A stretch of DNA of 64,000 nucleotides from a virus. The DNA is taken from IMG/VR virus record IMGVR_UViG_3300025648_000013, one strand, 5' to 3'. Below, piece by piece: positions 9,058 through 18,128 of the stretch (within the stretch, counting starts at the first letter, position 1; every line of letters starts with the position of its first letter). The notes beneath the pieces were generated by a model that saw nothing but the letters and a program-made list of their open reading frames with translations, was not told where the DNA came from and made no database searches. The position numbers and the translations under genes are program-made.

Positions 9058-9223
9058 GAAACGCTATTTTCTGATTTTTATAACAGAAGAATCGGGTCGT
9101 GAAACCGATATCGACTATATCGGGCTGAACGCAAAGTCATTCAAAGACGCAAAACGAATCGCTAGATGTGTCTATGGTGAGCATGGACCAAATCATATAG
9201 TTTACAAAAACGTAGAGGTGTGA
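9035..9223 (+). CDS. Small hypothetical protein
   Basis: ORF overlapping the upstream gene end. Confidence 0.5.
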   Translation: MDKSPKFKKRYFLIFITEESGRETDIDYIGLNAKSFKDAKRIARCVYGEHGPNHIVYKNVEV

Positions 9224-9235
9224 GACGAATCTAGC

Positions 9236-9295
9236 TTGACATTTTATCGCGAATCGTCTATTGTCAGAAAGTAGACAAAGAGAGAAAGTGATTCG
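9236..9295 (+). promoter_or_regulatory. Sigma70-type early promoter with paired GANTC sites
   Basis: TTGACA-17-TATTGT; CGAATC in the spacer; TGATTCG at 9289-9295. Confidence 0.8.
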
Positions 9296-9297
9296 CG

Positions 9298-9582
9298 ATG
9301 GTCAAGTTTGAAAAAGCCAACTTCGAATATCACGGTGGATACCTTCACTACAACCACAACGGCGAACGTAAGTTTGTCGCCCGCTTCAAGCATCGTGGTC
9401 CAGTCAACAAGGCTAAGTTTCTTGCGGTTCTGAAAAAGCACTACAGCGTTGACGAATATTTTGCCAAGATTGCTGCTGGTCGCGCTCCTCTTCAGATTTT
9501 TAAAGATGATGGTCTTCTGTCGTTTCATTACGGTGAGCATGGCGCTCACAACTACTTTGTTCTTGATGGAAAGGTGATCTAA
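9298..9582 (+). CDS. Early hypothetical protein
   Basis: Directly downstream of the early promoter and a purine-rich RBS. Confidence 0.7.
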   Translation: MVKFEKANFEYHGGYLHYNHNGERKFVARFKHRGPVNKAKFLAVLKKHYSVDEYFAKIAAGRAPLQIFKDDGLLSFHYGEHGAHNYFVLDGKVI

Positions 9583-9935
9583 TGACTGTTGAAGTACGAA
9601 ATCGTTCCCCAGAATCATGGGGACCACTAGCTGACACTGATGAAAAGACTTTTTGTTCTATTATCAATGGTCGTGATGCCAAAGATAATCTGAAGGCACA
9701 TATCAAGAAGCAGAAGAAACTGAAGACATTTCGGGTGACATACGTCCGTCAACTGGTGTCGGACTTCTTTGAAGTTCGATCGGTAGACAGTTATGGTGTT
9801 GACGCCGCAGCCCGAAAGTTTTATCAAGAAAACAAAGACCAGATTGTGTTTCGTGAAAAGGTGAAGTCCGACTGGGCGAAAAGGTATAATGATGACGAAT
9901 ACGATTCTATTTCTTTTAAACAGGTGAGTAAATGA
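9582..9935 (+). CDS. Hypothetical protein
   Basis: TAATG coupling to the upstream gene. Confidence 0.65.
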   Translation: MTVEVRNRSPESWGPLADTDEKTFCSIINGRDAKDNLKAHIKKQKKLKTFRVTYVRQLVSDFFEVRSVDSYGVDAAARKFYQENKDQIVFREKVKSDWAKRYNDDEYDSISFKQVSK

Positions 9936-10043
9936 AAACTTTTCTATATGCAGCCGGCATTCCTCTGGCTTTATTCACAATCTTTTATGGGCTTCCTCGT
10001 CTGGATCGTGACGGCAAACCCATGTGTAATACAGGAAACTGAA

Positions 10044-10190
10044 ATGACTGTTACTGAAATCGTTAATGAACTTCTACTAGAAATGGAACTTCTAGAAATG
10101 CAAGAATACACGCTAGCCGCTGAAACCATTCGGAAGTTTCTTCGCATCGCCACTCCGATTCAGGTCAAGGCTCTCGAAGATTTCGTTTGA
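10044..10190 (+). CDS. Small hypothetical protein
   Basis: AGGA RBS before the internal ATG of ORF 9948..10190. Confidence 0.5.
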   Translation: MTVTEIVNELLLEMELLEMQEYTLAAETIRKFLRIATPIQVKALEDFV

Positions 10191-10244
10191 CATTATTCAC
10201 GAATCGTGTATGGTGAGAATGTAGCAAAGAGAAAAGGTGATTCG
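10187..10244 (+). promoter_or_regulatory. Early promoter with paired GANTC sites
   Basis: TTGACA-16-TATGGT; GAATC 10201-10205; TGATTCG 10238-10244. Confidence 0.8.
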
Positions 10245-10246
10245 TT

Positions 10247-10612
10247 ATGGAAGTTCAAGTTCTTCATTTTGATCGCGACGGTCTCGGCAATCGTTGGTTT
10301 GAGCATATGGCTACGATTGATCTGTCAAGCTACATGTTTGATAATATGGGAGTAGAAGACGCTCTGGAATATGCCTATCGTCACACTCAGAATCTCGGTG
10401 GTTCCTGGGCGATGGAACGAATGATCGATCATAAGGGCGAACTTTATGAGAATCCCGATTTCAATCCTCATGTGATTGTTGTAAAGCCTCTTGATGGTGA
10501 AAATGGCAAAAAGTGGGGTCATCGCTCGTCTATGGTCGGTGACCGTATGATCATTGATGGTGAAGTTTTTGAGGTTGATACGTTCGGCTTCAAGAATGTG
10601 GAGGGCGAATAA
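10247..10612 (+). CDS. Early hypothetical protein
   Basis: ALEYAYRHTQN...GSW...RSSMVGD, a phage family motif. Confidence 0.7.
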   Translation: MEVQVLHFDRDGLGNRWFEHMATIDLSSYMFDNMGVEDALEYAYRHTQNLGGSWAMERMIDHKGELYENPDFNPHVIVVKPLDGENGKKWGHRSSMVGDRMIIDGEVFEVDTFGFKNVEGE

Positions 10613-10821
10613 TGTCTTTTAATCCTCGTCACGGTGGTCCTTATGATCGTGGTAGTGCTGATGCCTATTATGGTCGCCCCTACAAGCCACACTTTTATGA
10701 AAAAGCTACGTATGCATCACCTCTTGTGGAAAAGTCTGATATGACCCCAGAGCAGATTAAAGAATATGAGGTTGGCTTTTATGGGTTGACATCCATCGCG
10801 AATCGTGCTAGGTATACATAA
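10612..10821 (+). CDS. Conserved phage hypothetical protein
   Basis: RHGGPYDRGSADAYY motif. Confidence 0.7.
   Translation: MSFNPRHGGPYDRGSADAYYGRPYKPHFYEKATYASPLVEKSDMTPEQIKEYEVGFYGLTSIANRARYT
10786..10814 (+). promoter_or_regulatory. Early promoter with spacer GANTC
   Basis: TTGACA-tccatcgCGAATCgtgc-TAGGTA; the -10 is weak. Confidence 0.6.
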
Positions 10822-10839
10822 TAGAAAACGGAGATTGTC

Positions 10840-11076
10840 ATGAACGCAGATTATTTTTCAATTTCAACAGACACATCTTTCATGAACGATGTCTGCACTG
10901 CTTCCAAGATGATCCTAAACACTCCAGAGAACGTTCGCGATATTCCCTGCGATACATGCCCGAACGCTGACATATGCGCTCTGGCCGTGACTGACTGCGT
11001 TGCATCTCGTGTTTGGTACACTACTGGTGATTTTCTTGACAAAGACGTTGCGCGTCTCATCCGAAAGGCTAAGTGA
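10840..11076 (+). CDS. Cys-rich hypothetical protein
   Basis: PCDTC...C...C; GGAG RBS. Confidence 0.6.
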   Translation: MNADYFSISTDTSFMNDVCTASKMILNTPENVRDIPCDTCPNADICALAVTDCVASRVWYTTGDFLDKDVARLIRKAK

Positions 11077-11193
11077 TGGAAACGGAAAAATCATTCTCAT
11101 CCTTTGAAGCACTAACACACTTCTCAGAAGTATATGATCTACTTGACAATATTACATATTATGATCCTATTCGCGGTTGGGTGTTGATTCTCG

Positions 11194-11604
11194 ATGAAGA
11201 TTTCGATGAAGATTATGAAGGTCCTCAGCAAGGTTGCTGAAGCCTCGGAACCGTTTGCTAGGGCCAAGATAGCCGCTGCTCTCGTTTACAAAAACGAAAT
11301 CATCGCGATTGGCACTAACAAGAACAAAACGCATCCACTTCAAGGCAGATATGCAAAACATGAAGAAGCTATATATCTTCATGCAGAAATAGATGCAATC
11401 GCTAACGCACTGCGTAGGCATGATGCTGATACCGTGGCTAAATCCAAACTCTACATCTATCGGTGTAAGTGGACACATAGCAAGAAACCTATGATCACTC
11501 AGGGATTGGCTAAGCCGTGTGAAGGCTGTATGCGCGCTATTGCAGCGTTTGATATCAAGCATGTTTGTTATACATTAGAGGACGAAGGTTATGAGTGGCT
11601 ATAA
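11194..11604 (+). CDS. Cytidine/dCMP deaminase-family zinc protein
   Basis: LHAEIDAI and AKPCEGC. Confidence 0.8.
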   Translation: MKISMKIMKVLSKVAEASEPFARAKIAAALVYKNEIIAIGTNKNKTHPLQGRYAKHEEAIYLHAEIDAIANALRRHDADTVAKSKLYIYRCKWTHSKKPMITQGLAKPCEGCMRAIAAFDIKHVCYTLEDEGYEWL

Positions 11605-12137
11605 TGGGTAAACGAAGTGACTTTGACAGAGTAGAACGTGACTTCTATCCTACTCCGATGAAAGCCGTTCTGCCTCTGTTGCCACATCTGAAGAAGTATT
11701 CTAACTTCTATGAACCATGCGCTGGCGATGGCAGATTGATTGATCATCTTGATTATCACAATCATACTTGTATTGAAGCATGGGATATTGAACCACAAGA
11801 AAAGTGGATTCTACAGTCAAATGCTCTTGACATTCAGTTCAATCCAGTATATTATGGATGGAATATAGATTACATCATCACCAATCCACCTTGGGATCGC
11901 AAGATTCTTCATCCCATGATCGAACACTTCAGCAATCAACTTCCCACTTGGTTGCTGTTTGATGCAGACTGGATGCACACCAAGCAATCATCCGCGCTGA
12001 TGAAACGCTGCGAAATGGTTGTATCTGTGGGTCGTGTAAAGTGGATTGAGGGAAGTAAGACAAGCGGGAAAGACAACTGTGCTTGGTATCTGTTTACAAA
12101 TACAACAAACGCTAAAACTGTTTTTTATGGAAGGTAA
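11604..12137 (+). CDS. Amino (probably N6-adenine) DNA methyltransferase
   Basis: DFYPTP, EPCAGDG (motif I), ITNPPW (motif IV). Confidence 0.8.
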   Translation: MGKRSDFDRVERDFYPTPMKAVLPLLPHLKKYSNFYEPCAGDGRLIDHLDYHNHTCIEAWDIEPQEKWILQSNALDIQFNPVYYGWNIDYIITNPPWDRKILHPMIEHFSNQLPTWLLFDADWMHTKQSSALMKRCEMVVSVGRVKWIEGSKTSGKDNCAWYLFTNTTNAKTVFYGR

Positions 12138-12370
12138 TGATTATGGATAAGTTTATTATTGGTTTGTTTACTGTTTTTGGCACTATCGTTCTCGGTTGTG
12201 CTTATGGTCTGCTGATGGCATGGCCTGTTATGTGGCTATGGAATGCTGATCTTGTTCCTGCTATGACTATTTTGCGCCCTATTGGTTGGATTCAAGCATG
12301 GTGCATCTCGATTCTAGTATCGCTTCTTGGTTCTCATGTGAGTGTGAGTAAAGATTGGAGTAAGGATTAA
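12137..12370 (+). CDS. Small membrane protein
   Basis: Hydrophobic; MWLWN...IGWIQAW motif. Confidence 0.65.
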   Translation: MIMDKFIIGLFTVFGTIVLGCAYGLLMAWPVMWLWNADLVPAMTILRPIGWIQAWCISILVSLLGSHVSVSKDWSKD

Positions 12371-12372
12371 TC

Positions 12373-12687
12373 ATGGCAATCTTTATTATTGAAACTGTTT
12401 CTTCACACCGTATGCGTTATGCGGTAGAAGCACATACTCTTGAAGATGCTAAGAATGAAGTTGCCCTTAAGACATCATTCTATGATGATGACTGGCGTGA
12501 AATGTCACAATATCATATTGGTGAAGTTATCTCCAGTGGTCATGAAGTCACACCTGAAGAATATTTGACTATGTTCGATGAGGACAACGATTATCTCCGA
12601 GACGCATGGCAAGATGAACGTAAGTTTCAACAGATCAATCATATCGAGTATCCTGGCATCAAGGCTATCGATCTGGACGATATCTGA
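12373..12687 (+). CDS. Conserved T4-like hypothetical protein
   Basis: ETVSSHRMRYAVEA...SQYHIGE...FDEDNDYL. Confidence 0.7.
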   Translation: MAIFIIETVSSHRMRYAVEAHTLEDAKNEVALKTSFYDDDWREMSQYHIGEVISSGHEVTPEEYLTMFDEDNDYLRDAWQDERKFQQINHIEYPGIKAIDLDDI

Positions 12688-12706
12688 TTTTTTCTGAAAA
12701 AACTGG

Positions 12707-12734
12707 TTGACATTTATCTCCCTTTTGCTATGAT
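12707..12734 (+). promoter_or_regulatory. Early promoter, same family but without spacer GANTC
   Basis: TTGACAttt-16-TATGAT. Confidence 0.7.
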
Positions 12735-12765
12735 GAGTTATCAGAGAGCGAGAGGGAGATTTTTT

Positions 12766-12960
12766 ATGATCAAGGTTGGTGATTCGGTCCGTTCGTGCAT
12801 TTGGCCCAACAAAGATCGCGTTGGTGTTGTCGCTGAGATTGACGGCGCTCTAATCTCGGTGTTTTTCGGTCGTGAACATGCCCCGCCCTTTCCTGATCCA
12901 TTCTGGTTGTACTGCAAAGAAGAACTGAGGGCCGTTGATCCTCTTGAACTGTATAAGTGA
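12766..12960 (+). CDS. Small early hypothetical protein
   Basis: GAGGGAG RBS; MIKVGDSVR (SH3/KOW-like start). Confidence 0.6.
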   Translation: MIKVGDSVRSCIWPNKDRVGVVAEIDGALISVFFGREHAPPFPDPFWLYCKEELRAVDPLELYK

Positions 12961-12966
12961 GGCTTT

Positions 12967-13536
12967 ATGATTGATCCTGATGTGTATGAAGATGCGTATG
13001 GTCGTCGCGGCTGCAATCCTGTTGATTGTATGTCCTGTGGTGGCAGTGGTGTAGAATATGGTGAAACTTGCATCACTTGTGGTGGTGAAGGTTTCCTGAT
13101 CGATGACGAGGAAGCTATCCTGCAAGATCGTAACATCGTTGAACTGATTCTGGATGAAAAACTGGATGACATCAAGGCTCATCTGCCCGCCGAAGATCGT
13201 GATCGTCTGACTCAGTTTGAGAGCAATATCCATTTTGATATTGCTCGTCGCGTAAGGCTGATTGGCATGAAGCTGGAATATCTCCGTGAGCGTGGTATTG
13301 ATCGTAAAACGTTTGCAATCGATCCGAAGCACAGTGTTGGTGTTGATGCTTTCCTGCGTAGTGTTGGTGTTGATGCTTTCATGCGTCCTATTATTTTCAA
13401 GAACTTTGATAACGACATTATCAGTGGTCTGAAGATTGGTGAAGACGTTCGCAACACGATCCGCAATAACCTTGGTCGCACGGCAAAGTACGAAGCGATT
13501 CGTGATGCTTGGTTTCCTGGTGTAATCTTTAACTAA
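12967..13536 (+). CDS. Hypothetical protein with DnaJ-type CxxCxGxG zinc motifs
   Basis: CMSCGGSG and CITCGGEG. Confidence 0.65.
   Translation: MIDPDVYEDAYGRRGCNPVDCMSCGGSGVEYGETCITCGGEGFLIDDEEAILQDRNIVELILDEKLDDIKAHLPAEDRDRLTQFESNIHFDIARRVRLIGMKLEYLRERGIDRKTFAIDPKHSVGVDAFLRSVGVDAFMRPIIFKNFDNDIISGLKIGEDVRNTIRNNLGRTAKYEAIRDAWFPGVIFN
13333..13386 (+). repeat. 27-bp in-frame tandem duplication
   Basis: AGTGTTGGTGTTGATGCTTTC(C/A)TGCGT twice (SVGVDAF[L/M]R). Confidence 0.85.
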
Positions 13537-13761
13537 GGATGTTCGCGGTGGTAAAGATTCGGTGTAAAAATACGGGTGAGGTGTATGAAGCTGTAGAAAA
13601 CTATAGCGGAGGCACATATAAACAGAAGCGGGGTACTTTTCGCCCATTGCTTCTAGAAGAATGGATTGAAATATCCTGATATCGCCCTGCCTTTTCTCTT
13701 GACAGTTTGTTTTATTTTTGTTACACATTGCGTATACAAGATGTACGAAAGGTCTCTGTAA

Positions 13762-14316
13762 GTGAATATCTTTTATATCGATGAGTCTGCACAGCAATGC
13801 GCTGAGTGGATGGTTGATAAACATTGCGTCAAGATGATCGTTGAGACGGCACAACTGTTGTCTACTGCACATCGCATTCTTGACGGTGATGAGTATGTTG
13901 GTGAATCTAAAACTGGTCGTAAAGCAAAGCGTTGGCGATTGAATGATGGTCGTCAAGATGTTTTGTATTCTGCTAGTCATATCAATCACCCTTCTGCTGT
14001 GTGGGTGCGACAGTCGGTAGAAAACTATAACTGGCTTGTAGATCATCTGTTTGCTCTTGGCGATGAGTACACTTATCGTTACGGCAAGAAACATTCGACA
14101 ATCGAAAAGCTTGGTTATCAGTTGCAGTCTCCACCTTACAAGTTGAAAGAATGGGACTGGACTCCAATGCCTTGCTGTATGCCAGACGAATACAAAGTGT
14201 CAGATGATCCTGTATTGAACTATCGAAACTATTATGTCAATGCGAAGGCATATCTGAAAAGTTATAAGAATCGTCAACCACCGCCATGGTGGCCAGACGA
14301 TTCTGGTGTCTTTTAA
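13762..14316 (+). CDS. Pyrimidine-dimer DNA glycosylase / endonuclease V-like family protein
   Basis: MNIFY...DKHCVKMIVETAQLLSTAH...HINHPS..WVR...EYTYRYGKKH. Confidence 0.75.
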   Translation: MNIFYIDESAQQCAEWMVDKHCVKMIVETAQLLSTAHRILDGDEYVGESKTGRKAKRWRLNDGRQDVLYSASHINHPSAVWVRQSVENYNWLVDHLFALGDEYTYRYGKKHSTIEKLGYQLQSPPYKLKEWDWTPMPCCMPDEYKVSDDPVLNYRNYYVNAKAYLKSYKNRQPPPWWPDDSGVF

Positions 14317-15049
14317 AATTACCAGGGTCGTACATTTTACCACAGTGCTTACATTCTATTTTTGCTGGTTTGGTAAATGATGTAACTTTACGTCCCTTTC
14401 TACTCCTTAGAATTTTTAATTCTTTGGCACGCTCTTCTCCGTGAATTTCTTCATACGTTTTCCCTTTGAGATATTCTTTCGAAACGCCAGTGGTACGTTT
14501 TCGTATTTGTTCTTTTAGCACTTGCGCCTTTTCCTCGCCGTAAATCTCCTCATATCTCTTACCCTGTCTTTTGGAACGCAGAGCGTCTTTCGTAATTTCT
14601 GTATGATGCTTTCCAAGCATTCCTCTCGGATGAGTTTTATCTGGACTTTTATTCCACGACATTAACGAGTTGCTGTCCAATTCTTCTTTCATTTTATCAC
14701 TCCGGCGCTGTCGTCTATTTTTGGTCCAGTATTTTTTCGCGCCTTCTTGCATCTTTTGTTTTTGTACGGTGGATCTTGGAGAACTATTACCCTCTCCACC
14801 CTCGCATACATTATGCAATATTCCGTTTGGATCTATATTTTTCCTACCATACCACCTAATATATCGTCTTTCAAGAGCACATGCTCCTACATTACTAAGG
14901 CGTGTTTCGAGAAATACAATTTTAGATGTGTCTTTAGGAGTAGATATTCTACCATGATCTATAAATGCCCTTGTGCCTTTACCTTTACCGATATAGTATG
15001 GTGTGTTAGCCGAAGATCGTAAATAGGCATATACGTAATAAATAAACAT
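14237..15049 (-). mobile_element. Free-standing GIY-YIG homing endonuclease with NUMOD3-type repeats
   Basis: YYVYAY...PYYIGKGKGTRA...ERRYIRWYGR...N..EGGEG; GKHHTE; own late promoter; antisense overlap with the upstream gene end. Confidence 0.85.
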
Positions 15050-15108
15050 TGCTGGTGCTCCTTAATAGCAGTAGTGCGGTTGGACATGCCACTGTCGCGA
15101 ACCGTATC
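15050..15108 (-). promoter_or_regulatory. Structured endonuclease leader, copy 1
   Basis: Two-stem element plus an SD-containing hairpin; covaries with 56828-56892. Confidence 0.6.
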
Positions 15109-15115
15109 TATTTAT

Positions 15116-15172
15116 ATGAAAACACATCTTCACAAGTGGACTAAGCGTGATGCACCGGAATGGATAGCATAA
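15116..15172 (+). pseudogene. Displaced original C-terminus of the 13762 glycosylase-like gene
   Basis: KTHLHKWTKRDAPEWIA* aligns with the current tail KAYLKSYKNRQPPPWW. Confidence 0.6.
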
Positions 15173-15195
15173 ATACTCCTAAAAAGGAGTATACT

Positions 15196-16113
15196 ATGGC
15201 ACAGTTAAGTGCAGCCGAACTAAGAAAATATAGTTGGCGCCCAGAAGTCTTTATCAAAAAGATTCAAGACAAATCGCCATTTGAAATATCTGGGGGTAAG
15301 AAGGTAACTCTTCTTGCCCCTGCTTCTGTTATTACTACTTTACGTTCAGGATCTAACTCAGAACTAAATGCACTTAGGATTGCGGATATCGAAGGAAATC
15401 TATACAAACTAAGTGATTTTGTAAAAAATAAAGAGTTTGGTGGTAAAGGCGAAGGATCTGGTATGATCAAAGAAGATCGTGCTTTGGCTTCACTTAGAGA
15501 GCAGATAAATAAAGCAAAGACTGATATAGGCAAAGCAACGATACAAATCAAAATAGGAAACACAACCTATGATGTATTTGATGTTGTCTCTACACCAGGA
15601 ACACCAAAGTCAGACTTTCATCTGATAGACAACGACGGTAAAGAAGTTGCATGGATATCACATAAAGACGGCTCAAGGGCAAAAGACTTTCAGCAATGGG
15701 GCGGCGTATCACAAAGCAAAGAGCCGACGATATACTCCGATAGAGAAACACAAGCCCTTATTAAGGACATCAAAAACAAATATCCTAATGGATTGCCCAA
15801 TGTCACAACAGTCGCAAGAAAGATCAAAGAGAAGCGTTTAAAGATGTTGTCTGTATATGGCAACGAATATGGTAAAAGATATAGCCGTCAAAATGTCACT
15901 TTGATGTTACAGGGTGATATCAAGCTATCAAAATCTGGTTCATATTATATCATAACTGCTACTCATACACATTTGAATGGTGAAGATATGACAAATGATT
16001 ATGAACCTGTGTTTATGGCAATATATAAAGGCGATAGAAGTGACTTTGGTATTAGAGGAACTCGCGTCGTTATTGCTCCTCTTGGATGCAGAAAGATTAC
16101 AGAGTTTATATAA
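15196..16113 (+). CDS. Hypothetical protein, possible PD-(D/E)XK fold
   Basis: GTPKSDF...ISHK motif; AAGGAG RBS. Confidence 0.6.
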   Translation: MAQLSAAELRKYSWRPEVFIKKIQDKSPFEISGGKKVTLLAPASVITTLRSGSNSELNALRIADIEGNLYKLSDFVKNKEFGGKGEGSGMIKEDRALASLREQINKAKTDIGKATIQIKIGNTTYDVFDVVSTPGTPKSDFHLIDNDGKEVAWISHKDGSRAKDFQQWGGVSQSKEPTIYSDRETQALIKDIKNKYPNGLPNVTTVARKIKEKRLKMLSVYGNEYGKRYSRQNVTLMLQGDIKLSKSGSYYIITATHTHLNGEDMTNDYEPVFMAIYKGDRSDFGIRGTRVVIAPLGCRKITEFI

Positions 16114-16142
16114 ATACAACATAATCCAGCAATCAAGGCATA

Positions 16143-17306
16143 ATGATGATCAACTTCCTATCATTCTTATCAGAAGCAGTAGAACACATCGGTGGTATCC
16201 AACATATTGAGCATCCATCCGATAGAACATTTGACGGACCAGAAGCGGCACAACATGCAGTAGACACGCTACGTGGTGCAGCAACAGGAACTGCTCCAAT
16301 CTCACGTAAGATTGACGATAAGATGTCATACAATGTCATCAAGACTCCTGATGGTCGCGTTGGTGTAAAATACAAGGGCAAAGGTTCGCATTACAACTTC
16401 ACCAGCGAAGATGTCGATACACAGCATGGGCACAAGCCATATCTTGCTCATCCTCTGAAGCTATTACTAGAGCATCTACCAAAAGTCCTACCTGATCGCC
16501 CAGGCGAGTGGCAGGGTGGTTATATGAGCGATCCATCAATGAGAACAATCTCAAATGGTCGTATCTCACATCAACCAAACACAATCGAATATTCTGTACC
16601 AACAGACACGAAAGAGGGGCAGAAGCTTCGCAACTCTAAAGTCTCTACAGTTATTCACAGCGAACTTACAGGTCCGAACAGGGAAGCACATCCTGTTACG
16701 GACCTTTCTGAGTTTAAAGAGCATCCAGACGTTCACATGGTGAGTCATCTAGTATCACACGATGAACAACATGGCATTGATCCTGTTGCAAAGCGTCAAG
16801 CATTGACACATCTAGACCGCGCTGAAAAGCTAATGAAGAATCACACCTATGATCATTTAGCTGGCCACGAGATTCCACTTCGCACTTATATCAACTCAAC
16901 AGTATCGTCTGGTGAAGAGCCAACGGTTGAAGGATATAAAGAGCATCTTGGTCGTTCTCATCAAAAGAAAATCGATGCTGTTAAGATGCAAAAGACCAAA
17001 GACGCTAAGACAGCCGAACGCGATGCTGCAATGAAACACGTTGAAGAGAATGCAAAGTCTTTTGGTAAGTCGCTAAAGATTCATGGGCACGTTCAAAATG
17101 CCACCAACATTCTAGCAAGAGCATTGGCCAAGTCTGCACATGGCGGATATGGGCACGCGATTGAAGGCAAAGAAACTGGACCAGAAGGTTTCGTTTCAAA
17201 CGGGCTAAAGATCGTTGATCGTGGTGAAGGTGGCTTCAGTCAAGCGAATCGTGCTCGAAGTGCCATTCTTCGCCATTCTCCCAAACTCTCAAAGATGGTA
17301 AGTTAA
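16143..17306 (+). CDS. Conserved T4-like protein (DUF6267-like) with capsid-targeting-like N-terminus
   Basis: MINFLSFLSE, HIEHP, KxD, PNTIEY, PEGFV, KIVDR...FSQAN; late promoter upstream. Confidence 0.7.
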   Translation: MMINFLSFLSEAVEHIGGIQHIEHPSDRTFDGPEAAQHAVDTLRGAATGTAPISRKIDDKMSYNVIKTPDGRVGVKYKGKGSHYNFTSEDVDTQHGHKPYLAHPLKLLLEHLPKVLPDRPGEWQGGYMSDPSMRTISNGRISHQPNTIEYSVPTDTKEGQKLRNSKVSTVIHSELTGPNREAHPVTDLSEFKEHPDVHMVSHLVSHDEQHGIDPVAKRQALTHLDRAEKLMKNHTYDHLAGHEIPLRTYINSTVSSGEEPTVEGYKEHLGRSHQKKIDAVKMQKTKDAKTAERDAAMKHVEENAKSFGKSLKIHGHVQNATNILARALAKSAHGGYGHAIEGKETGPEGFVSNGLKIVDRGEGGFSQANRARSAILRHSPKLSKMVS

Positions 17307-17307
17307 T

Positions 17308-18126
17308 ATGGGCGATTTTTACGATAAGATTACAAAGAGAATCGAAGCTGCCAAGGGCACACAGTCTGCTATTCAAGCTGGTGCAACTATGACTGGTTCT
17401 CAGCCAAATCAGATTCTAATCAATCCAGACGTACAACTTCGTACCGAAGCTGCTGATCCTGATATGTTTCGCAAGCATCACACACTGTTCTGGGGTCGTG
17501 CAAATCCACCACATGCTGGTCATGAAGCAGCATATGATGTTGTGAAAAAAACAGCAAAGAAGAATGGTGGCACATCGTCAATGGTTCTCACGCGATCACA
17601 AGATCCAAAGAAGAACCCATTAACACCAGAACAAAAAGAAGAACACGCTAAGGCTGCTTTTCCTGATGTCAATACTTCTGTAACAGATAAAGACCATCCT
17701 ACACTAATGCATCACTTGTCAAAGCTACACGAGAATGGTGTTACTGATCTACATCTTGTTGCTGGTTCAGATCGTATTCCAGAATATCAAAGACTACTTG
17801 ACCAATACAATGGTGTTCATGGTCCACATGGGTACTACAACTTCAAAAAAATCAACATCCATTCGTCTGGTGATCGCGATCCAGACGCGGAAGGCGTTGC
17901 TGGTATCTCTGCATCAGTCATGCGCGGGCACGCTGGTGCTGGTCGCCAGAAAGAGTTTGAAGCTGGTGCACCATCTGCAATGAAGCCAGAACAAAGAACA
18001 AAAATGTATAATGACGTTCGCGCTGGCATGGCTGCTGGTAAGGGCAAGAAGGGTCTGAAAGAAAGCATGGAAGACTGTGATATCTGCGGCAGAACGGGAT
18101 GCTTGGTTCACAGAAGAAAGTACTAA
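17308..18126 (+). CDS. Cytidylyltransferase-like (HxGH) nucleotidyltransferase
   Basis: GRANPPHAGH, SQDPKKNPL, VAGSDR, GDRDPDAEGVAGISAS. Confidence 0.85.
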   Translation: MGDFYDKITKRIEAAKGTQSAIQAGATMTGSQPNQILINPDVQLRTEAADPDMFRKHHTLFWGRANPPHAGHEAAYDVVKKTAKKNGGTSSMVLTRSQDPKKNPLTPEQKEEHAKAAFPDVNTSVTDKDHPTLMHHLSKLHENGVTDLHLVAGSDRIPEYQRLLDQYNGVHGPHGYYNFKKINIHSSGDRDPDAEGVAGISASVMRGHAGAGRQKEFEAGAPSAMKPEQRTKMYNDVRAGMAAGKGKKGLKESMEDCDICGRTGCLVHRRKY

Positions 18127-18128
18127 TC

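Noticed and set aside
12850-14094. Long minus-strand ORFs (also 44245..45180, 45694..46302, 52855..53334)
   Set aside because: Antisense shadows of well-supported genes, with no RBS or recognisable motifs.
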